Positions 1 to 5,789 of a stretch of DNA of 11,699 nt are shown here, one piece after another. Made by a program: the position numbers and the translations under genes. The notes under the pieces were generated by a model. The model ran no database searches, was not told the origin of the DNA, and saw only the letters and a program-made list of their open reading frames with translations. This DNA is from Candidatus Eiseniibacteriota bacterium. Lineage in GTDB: Bacteria; Eisenbacteria; RBG-16-71-46; JABDJR01; JAWXBZ01. Every line of letters starts with the position of its first letter. The first letter of the stretch is position 1. The stretch covers positions 1 to 11,699 of the forward strand of contig JAWXBZ010000106.1 of NCBI GenBank assembly GCA_034440375.1, read 5' to 3'.

Positions 1-646
1 CTAGTATTGAGAGATCCACCTTATTCTCGTTTGCAATCAGCAGCCACTGGTACGCCTCAAACGCGTTGCGCCCAACTCCACCCTCACCATTCAGGTACAT
101 CCGAGCGAGGTTCAGTCGAGCGCTCGTAATGTGGCCGCTGGTGCGAAGATCCTCCGGGTTCTTCCGAACTGCAAGGCGCTCGGCCCAGTCCAGCGCCCGC
201 TTGGGGTCAGCCTTAGCTCCCTGTCCTTTCATGAGCATACCGATAATTACGAACTGCGCCTCGGCGTCGCCGTTCTTGGCCGCAGCCTCGAACCATCGCA
301 ACGCTTCGACCATGTCGACCAGCATCCCCCGACCGAGCACATAGCTGTATGCGAGCTTGAACTGCGCGTCCACCCAGCCTTGCTCAGCAGCTTTTAACAG
401 CCACCGATTCGCCTCGGCTGTATCGGCGTTGGTGCCAGATCCCTCGAGCAGCGCCACCGCAAGATTGCATTGTGCTTCGGGGTGACCAGCTTCTGCTGCT
501 TCTCGGAGCACAGGCACTGCGGCGGCAGGGTTGCCCTGACCAAGCAACATCTTCGCCGCAGCATTTAAGGAGTCCCCGTGCTGCGCCGCTCCGGTGGTCT
601 GGCATGCTAGAAGAGCGAGGATGAGAACCAGTAAAGATTTGCCCAT
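1..646 (-). CDS. Sel1-like repeat (SLR/TPR) protein, probable lipoprotein; 3' end outside the window; candidate first integron gene cassette
   Basis: Manual translation from ATG at 646 gives MGKSLLVLILALLAC|QTTGAAQHGDSL..., open to the window edge (215 codons). It has about four Sel1 repeats (HPEAQCNLAVALLEGSGTNADTAEANRWLLKAAEQG; WVDAQFKLAYSYVLGRGMLVDMVEALRWFEAAAKNG; DAEAQFVIIGMLMKGQGAKADPKRALDWAERLA; SARLNLARMYLNGEGGVGRNAFEAYQWLLIA) and an LLAC lipobox. It is absent from the ORF track, presumably because there is no stop codon in the window. Confidence 0.9.
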   Translation of the reverse strand, partial: MGKSLLVLILALLACQTTGAAQHGDSLNAAAKMLLGQGNPAAAVPVLREAAEAGHPEAQCNLAVALLEGSGTNADTAEANRWLLKAAEQGWVDAQFKLAYSYVLGRGMLVDMVEALRWFEAAAKNGDAEAQFVIIGMLMKGQGAKADPKRALDWAERLAVRKNPEDLRTSGHITSARLNLARMYLNGEGGVGRNAFEAYQWLLIANENKVDLSIL

Positions 647-666
647 GTTTATGAGTACCCCCAAAC

Positions 667-703
667 ACATAACTTCTTTTCTACCGGTCCAGATAACACC
701 AAC
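667..703 (-). mobile_element. Putative integron attI recombination site; predicted crossover G|TT at 673/672
   Basis: The minus strand reads GTTGGTGTTATCTGGACCGGTAGAAAAGAAG|TTATGT, an A-rich run into a GTT core resembling the attI1 end (CCCTAAAACAAAG|TT). It lies between the intI remnant and an ORF starting about 26 nt after the crossover. Further GTT-core-like heptamers lie upstream (691-697, 734-740, 758-764, 766-772). Confidence 0.6.
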
Positions 704-811
704 TCCACCACGCCGGGCCCGTCTATCCCGGCCACGCAACTCCCGGGGAGATCGGGATCGTAACTCGCCAACTTGCTATTTTGCAGACTCATTCGCCGGT
801 TGGATTAGATT

Positions 812-1100
812 TCATACTCGCGTTATGCGGGGCAGACGTCTCGAAGGGGTTCTGGACAGCGGGGCCGCTTCTGACGCTTGGGAGTCCGACGGAAACGCCA
901 GCGACTCCAGCGGACTCCTCACCCCCCGCCCTCCGCGCTGGAGAACGTGGGTAGAAATCATCGTGGTTTTCAGGTCGGCGTGGCCGAGGAGTTCCTGGAT
1001 GGTTTGGATGTCGTTGCCGGCTTCCAGCAGATAGGTAACGAAGGAGGGCCGCAGGGCGTGGCAGCTGGCCGGCTTGGTGATTCCGGAGAGGAGGACTACG
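812..1100 (-). pseudogene. intI: Integron integrase (tyrosine recombinase) C-terminal remnant, truncated and catalytically dead
   Basis: [61 protein letters not shown] matches the IntI C-terminal consensus [61 protein letters not shown]. The nucleophile Tyr is Ser here (TCT at 953-955). I see no IntI similarity upstream of about 1100. The frame stops at 812. Confidence 0.9.
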
Positions 1101-1344
1101 CGGGCCAGATCCGACACGCGATTGGATTGCCTGGGCGGAGCCAGGGAAGGCCCGTGATAGGCTGTCGCGGTTTCCGTCCATTGGGATGCTGGAATCGGGA
1201 CCATCTATTCCTCGATATCCGGATCTGGATTGGATTCACTCCCATTCTGCCTTCGGGGGTGGGAATGGTCAACTCGATGAAGTCGGGGCGCCGGTAAAGT
1301 CGGGGTGGGTGCCAGGTGTGCCTGTCATGGTCTAAACTGGGCCG

Positions 1345-2703
1345 ATGCTGTCGCGACTGCGCCGCCACCACCCGATCGACAGGCTGATGATCCTGGGCTT
1401 CGTGGCCGCGATCTTTTCCCCCGCCTGCGGCAGAAGCTCGGATTTTCATCAGACGGCTGGCGGACGGGGGGCCAATTCGGGTCAGCCGGTTGGCAGCCGG
1501 GGGGACGACGCCGGCAAGGCCTCCGGCCCTTCCGGTCCGCTCCGGACCTACTACATCCGGGCGAGCGACATGCCGAAGCCCAACGCCACCGCCTCGGCCG
1601 TCAATCCGGCCCGCATCGTGGCGCGCTCGGAGGGTGACTTTCTCCAGTTGCCGCCCGGCTTCGAGGCGTTCGAGGCGGCCGGAAATTTCCGGATGCCGCG
1701 CCAGATGGCCCTTCTCCCCAACGGCGATTTGCTTCTCTCCGAGTCGGATGCCGACCGGATCACCCTGCTCCGCGATGTCGATGGCGACGGTCGGTTCGAG
1801 CGGCGCTGGGCCTGGCTGGAGAGCATCAATCGCCCGTTCGGGATCGAGCCGGTCGGGGATCATGTGTATGTGGCGGCCACCGATCGGATTCTCCGCTGCC
1901 GCTATGCCGCCGGCGATACCGTGTATGAGGACGAACCCGAGTTCGTCGCCTGGCTGACACCCGGCGGCTACAACGCGCACTGGACCCGCAATCTCGTGTA
2001 CGACCCAAAGTCAAACCGGATGTTCGTGTCGGTTGGCAGCCAGAGCAATGTGGGCGAGGAAGAACCGATGCGGGCGGCGGTTCATGTCTTCACCGTGCCC
2101 GGCGTCATTCCGGAAGGAGGCGTCCGGCTGGAACTGTTCGCCTCAGGGTTGCGCAATCCGGTCGGACTGGCCCGGGAGCCGGTGACCGGCACGATCTGGA
2201 CCTGCGTCAACGAGCGCGACGGCCTCGGCGACGACCTCGTCCCCGACTACGCCACCGGCCTCGTCGCCGGCGGCTTCTACGGCTGGCCCTACTCCTACAT
2301 CGGCCGGAATCCCCAGCCCGGCGCGCTCGGCGCCAAGCGATCCGATCTCGTGGCCCGCGCCATCGTCCCGGATGTCCTGTTCGAATCCCACTCGGCCGCG
2401 CTGGGCATTGACTTCTATACCGGCACCGCCTTCCCCGAACGCTATCGCGGCGGCGCCTTCGTTGCCCACCACGGCTCCTGGAACCGCAGCCGCCGCACCG
2501 GCTACAAGGTGGTCTACCTGCCGTTCGTGGAAGGCAAGGCCGTCGGTGGCTATGAAGACTTCATGGTTGGGTTCAACCCGGACCCGGCGCGCTCGGAGGT
2601 CTGGGGGCGGCCGGTGGGCATATTGATGGATGACGACGGCACCCTCCTGGTGTCGGATGACGGCGGGGATGTGGTCTGGCGGGTACGGTACGCGGGAGAG
2701 TAG
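1345..2703 (+). CDS. PQQ-dependent glucose/L-sorbosone dehydrogenase family protein (beta-propeller), probable lipoprotein
   Basis: 452 aa ORF with family motifs LQLPPGF, LLRDVDGDG, NAHWTRNL, VSVGSQSN, FASGLRNPVGL, VNERDGLGDDLVPDY, GGFYGWPY, HSAALG, HGSWNR, GYKVV and WGRPVG...DGTLLVSDD. A hydrophobic N-terminus ends in Cys28, followed by a Gly/Ser linker. Confidence 0.88.
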   Translation: MLSRLRRHHPIDRLMILGFVAAIFSPACGRSSDFHQTAGGRGANSGQPVGSRGDDAGKASGPSGPLRTYYIRASDMPKPNATASAVNPARIVARSEGDFLQLPPGFEAFEAAGNFRMPRQMALLPNGDLLLSESDADRITLLRDVDGDGRFERRWAWLESINRPFGIEPVGDHVYVAATDRILRCRYAAGDTVYEDEPEFVAWLTPGGYNAHWTRNLVYDPKSNRMFVSVGSQSNVGEEEPMRAAVHVFTVPGVIPEGGVRLELFASGLRNPVGLAREPVTGTIWTCVNERDGLGDDLVPDYATGLVAGGFYGWPYSYIGRNPQPGALGAKRSDLVARAIVPDVLFESHSAALGIDFYTGTAFPERYRGGAFVAHHGSWNRSRRTGYKVVYLPFVEGKAVGGYEDFMVGFNPDPARSEVWGRPVGILMDDDGTLLVSDDGGDVVWRVRYAGE

Positions 2704-2742
2704 ATCTGATTTATCGGCGGGCCTCGTCGCCAGGTTTGTTCC

Positions 2743-3915
2743 TCATCGGGCCGTTGAACTGAGCGGCTTGATGTCCTGATGCAGTCGGGTCAGGCCAACC
2801 GCGCGGATACTTGGGGTCAGCGAAAAACTCCGGTCACCGGGATAAATGACGTCGAGACGGTCCAGTTTGAGGCTGGAAAGGGCCTCGTGCATGGACCGGG
2901 TACTTGCTGGGGCCGAAGTACGCTTGAATTCGAAGGCAAGTCTCGTTCGACCTCGGACAACAAGTAGATCGACCTCGGCGCCTCCATGTGTGGCCCAGAA
3001 GTAACACTCCTCGGGTTCCGCGCCGAGTCTCTGAATTGTCTCCGCCAGCGCGAACCCCTCCCACGATGCCCCCAGCTTCGGATGGCTTTCAAGATCCTTC
3101 GCCGTTCGAACGCCAAGCAGCGTATGCAGAAGGCCGGGATCGATGATGTAGACCTTGGGCGCCTTGACTTGTCGCTTCGACAGATTCTCGAACCAGGGAG
3201 GAATCTGTCGAACGACGAGCGCGGCCGTCAGGAGATCCAGGTAGTTTCGCACGGTACTGTGAGAAACGCCGAAGGCTCGTCCCAGCTCGGCGCCATTCCA
3301 CGTCTGACCGTGATAGTGAGCCAGCATCGTCCAAAAGCGGCGCAAGGTGGCGCTCGGGATCTTCGACCCCAACTCCGGAACATCCCGCTCCAGGAAGGTA
3401 CGAACGAAGTCGAGTCGCCAACGGTGGCTTTCCGTTGCCGACCGAGCCAGATAGGAACGGGGGAAGCCGCCACGCAACAAGAGACGATCCGTCTCCTCCA
3501 TCCCGACTTCGCCCAGCGACAGACCACTGAGGGTATGAAAGTGGATCCGGCCGGCCAGGCTCTCGGAGCCCTGTCGCAACAAGCCCGGTGCCGCACTCCC
3601 CAGGACGAGAAACCGGGCCGGCAATGGCCGGCGATCTGAAAGTACACGCAGATAGGCGAAGATCTCGGGCGCGCGCTGAATTTCGTCGATGACAACCAGT
3701 CCGTGCAGTCCTTTCAGGGCCAGGCCAGGATCAGCCAGGCGCCCCCTGTCCGCGGGATCCTCCAGATCCAACCAGGTCACCTGGCCGCGCCAGGCTGCTG
3801 CCAGCTGGCGCGCGAGAGTCGTCTTCCCGACTTGCCGCGCTCCGAGAATTGCCACGACGGGATACTGTCGCAACAGCCTGGACAGGGCTTGAAGATGATC
3901 GGATCTTGAAATCAT
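2743..3915 (-). CDS. AAA_14 ATPase + DUF4143 family protein (P-loop ATPase, winged HTH, C-terminal PD-(D/E)xK-like motif)
   Basis: 390 aa with Walker A GARQVGKTT, Walker B VVIDEIQ, FLVLGS, ESLAGR, RGGFP, HTH-like GAELGRAFGVSHSTVRNYLDLL, KAPKVYIIDPGL, GASWEGF and C-terminal EVDLL...AFEFK. Confidence 0.9.
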   Translation of the reverse strand: MISRSDHLQALSRLLRQYPVVAILGARQVGKTTLARQLAAAWRGQVTWLDLEDPADRGRLADPGLALKGLHGLVVIDEIQRAPEIFAYLRVLSDRRPLPARFLVLGSAAPGLLRQGSESLAGRIHFHTLSGLSLGEVGMEETDRLLLRGGFPRSYLARSATESHRWRLDFVRTFLERDVPELGSKIPSATLRRFWTMLAHYHGQTWNGAELGRAFGVSHSTVRNYLDLLTAALVVRQIPPWFENLSKRQVKAPKVYIIDPGLLHTLLGVRTAKDLESHPKLGASWEGFALAETIQRLGAEPEECYFWATHGGAEVDLLVVRGRTRLAFEFKRTSAPASTRSMHEALSSLKLDRLDVIYPGDRSFSLTPSIRAVGLTRLHQDIKPLSSTAR

Positions 3916-3973
3916 GGTTGAATTTTACCTTGAAATATGGCCATGAGTCACTCATTTTTCATGGTTAATTTTA
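3905..3973. promoter_or_regulatory. AT-rich operator-like region with nested inverted and direct repeats overlapping the start of the DUF4143 gene
   Basis: Imperfect inverted repeat CCTTGAAATATG (3928-3939) / CATTTTTCATGG (3953-3964); palindrome ATGAGT-C-ACTCAT (3943-3955); direct repeats TCATGGTT(G)AATTTTA (3912-3927, 3959-3973) and CTTGAAAT (3905-3912, 3929-3936). Confidence 0.6.
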
Positions 3974-4095
3974 AGTTGATCCGGCTGAGAAATGAGAGAT
4001 CCCAGCCCGACGCCATGCGTCTGGCCGGGTCGTTTCGACCGTGGTATGTTGATCGTGCAGGGCGGGATGGTCGACGTTTACTTGCGAGGTCCGGC

Positions 4096-5142
4096 ATGCG
4101 AAGCACGCCTCACAGCCAGGCAATTCAGGCAGCGCTTGAAGCCTCCCTCGACGAAAACGAATTCTCGGGCGTCATCCATCTTTCGCGGCGTGGTGAGCTG
4201 TTGTACGAGCGCGCCCGTGGCCTGGCCGACCGGGCCCATCTCGTTGCCAACACGGTCGAAACACAATTTGGCATCGCCAGCGTCACGAAGGGTTTCACGG
4301 CGCTCGCGGTCATGTCGCTCGTGGCCGAGGGTTCGCTCTGCCTCGACACAAAGGTCCGCTCGCTGCTCGGCGACCAGCTTCCGTTGATCGACCCGGCGGT
4401 AACGGTGGGCCACCTGCTGGCCCACACCTCGGGGATCGGCGACTATCTCGACGAGTCGCTGATCGGCGACATCGGCGACTACGTGATGCCGGTGCCGGTG
4501 CATCGACTGGCGAGGGCGGCCGACTTCATCCCGATCCTGTCGATCCATCCCATGAAGTCCGCCGTCGGCGAGCGGTTCGTGTACAACAACAGCGGCTACA
4601 TGGTCCTGGCCCTGGTGGTCGAAGCCGTCACCGGCGACGACTACTTCGACGCGGTCGCCCGCCGCGTCTTGAACCCGGCCGGGATGAACGCCACGGCGTT
4701 CCTGCGTTCCGACCAGCTTCCCGGCTCCGCGGCCATCGGTTACCTGCCCGCCGGGGACGGCTGGCGCACCAATCATTTCCATCTCCCGATTCGCGGCTCC
4801 GGCGATGGCGGGGCCTACAGCACCGTCGGCGACTTCGCCGCGTTCTGGCCAGCACTGTTCGCGGGGGCCATCGTGCCCCGCCCGCTGGTCGAGGAGATGG
4901 TCCGCCCGCACAACGAGGTGCCGGATGGCTTGAGCTACGGCCTCGGCTTCTGGCTCCGCCCCGACCGCAACACCGTCATGCTGGAAGGCTACGACGCCGG
5001 CGTCTCGTGTCGCTCCGCCTGTGACCGTGTGACCGGGCTGACTTACACCGTGATCTCCAACACCTCAAACGGCGCCTGGCCGGTGGTTCGGCGGCTCGAG
5101 GAGCTGCTATTGGAGATGGGTGACGGCGCCGGAGGCTGTTGA
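4096..5142 (+). CDS. Serine hydrolase, beta-lactamase class C / CubicO-like fold, no signal peptide
   Basis: Motifs FSGVI, FGIASVTK (SxxK), LLAHTSG, FVYNNSGY (YxN), GDGGAYST and YGLGFW. Start moved from 3937 to the in-frame ATG at 4096, which has GAGGT at 4086-4090 as RBS. The extra upstream codons run through the AT-rich regulatory region. Confidence 0.87.
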   Translation: MRSTPHSQAIQAALEASLDENEFSGVIHLSRRGELLYERARGLADRAHLVANTVETQFGIASVTKGFTALAVMSLVAEGSLCLDTKVRSLLGDQLPLIDPAVTVGHLLAHTSGIGDYLDESLIGDIGDYVMPVPVHRLARAADFIPILSIHPMKSAVGERFVYNNSGYMVLALVVEAVTGDDYFDAVARRVLNPAGMNATAFLRSDQLPGSAAIGYLPAGDGWRTNHFHLPIRGSGDGGAYSTVGDFAAFWPALFAGAIVPRPLVEEMVRPHNEVPDGLSYGLGFWLRPDRNTVMLEGYDAGVSCRSACDRVTGLTYTVISNTSNGAWPVVRRLEELLLEMGDGAGGC

Positions 5143-5255
5143 GTCCCCCGTAGAACGAACCTTGATCGGCGACGACGACCCGGGGCCACGACCCTCAAGT
5201 CATGCTTCACGCCTCATTCGTTCGCCCGCTTCCCTACAAACTCAATACCCCCACG

Positions 5256-5789
5256 TCATAGACAATCCGCCCGCCCATCCAATCGCGCCAGCGGCGAGAA
5301 CTGGTGGTCTTTCGTCTTTCCCGGGGCCAGGATGTGGGTCACCTGAAAACCATCGCGTACCAGCGCGTCGGAGAGGAGGTTGCGGTGACATTGTGCGGGC
5401 TGGGATTCGGCGCACATCGTGGCCACGCGGGCTTCGAGGGAGCGGCGTTGGAGGCGGCCGAGGGCGACGGCGAACTCGGTGGTGTCCATTTGTTCGGCGT
5501 AGCCCTTGAACATGGGTTCGGTGAGGGCGGGATGAGCGGCAGGATTGGACGGTTCGCGGTAGCCGCCGAGTTCGGGCATGTGGTGGTACCGAATCTCCAT
5601 GCGGGCGAGTGCCCGGGTGAGATTGGCGGCATCGAAATGCGGGTGGCGCTTGCTCCGGGGATAGCGGCGGACATCGACGAGGACTTCCAGGCGGAATTCA
5701 CGCACCAGTTCGAGGAAGTCGGCCAGGCTCCGGCTGGAGTGGCCGATCGTGAAGAGCCGGGCCGTGTTTTCGGGGATGATCGGGTTCAT
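5256..5789 (-). CDS. DUF488 family protein (probable frameshift in the last codons; a corrected frame would end at 5234)
   Basis: Motifs LFTIGHSSR, LVDVRRYPRS, HPHF, ELGGYR, FKGYA and MCAE...CHRNLLSDAL. ATGA overlap with the upstream gene's stop (5786-5789). Confidence 0.87.
   Translation of the reverse strand: MNPIIPENTARLFTIGHSSRSLADFLELVREFRLEVLVDVRRYPRSKRHPHFDAANLTRALARMEIRYHHMPELGGYREPSNPAAHPALTEPMFKGYAEQMDTTEFAVALGRLQRRSLEARVATMCAESQPAQCHRNLLSDALVRDGFQVTHILAPGKTKDHQFSPLARLDGRADCL

Noticed and set aside
667-828. Reading GCATAAC...GTTATGT (minus strand) as an attC site
   Set aside because: The R boxes are nearly complementary, but the span is 162 bp, longer than typical attC sites, and I find no complementary L boxes or central stem. 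Its position next to intI fits attI better.
1101-1204. N-terminal part of the 130-aa ORF 812-1204 as a real small recombinase
   Set aside because: MVPIPASQW...NRV shows no integrase similarity and looks like a fortuitous open frame upstream of the truncation point.
66-1297. Short ORFs 66-344, 131-397, 384-668, 594-1034, 789-1181 and 878-1297
   Set aside because: They are antisense or off-frame shadows of the Sel1 gene, attI region and intI remnant, with no recognisable motifs.
2704-2742. Possible terminator between the convergent dehydrogenase and DUF4143 genes
   Set aside because: Only a weak 5-bp stem (GGCGG/TCGCC) with an interrupted T-tract, which is not enough to call.
3937-4095. 53-codon N-terminal extension of the serine hydrolase
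   Set aside because: It runs through the AT-rich regulatory repeats, is not signal-peptide-like, and ATG 4096 has a better RBS.
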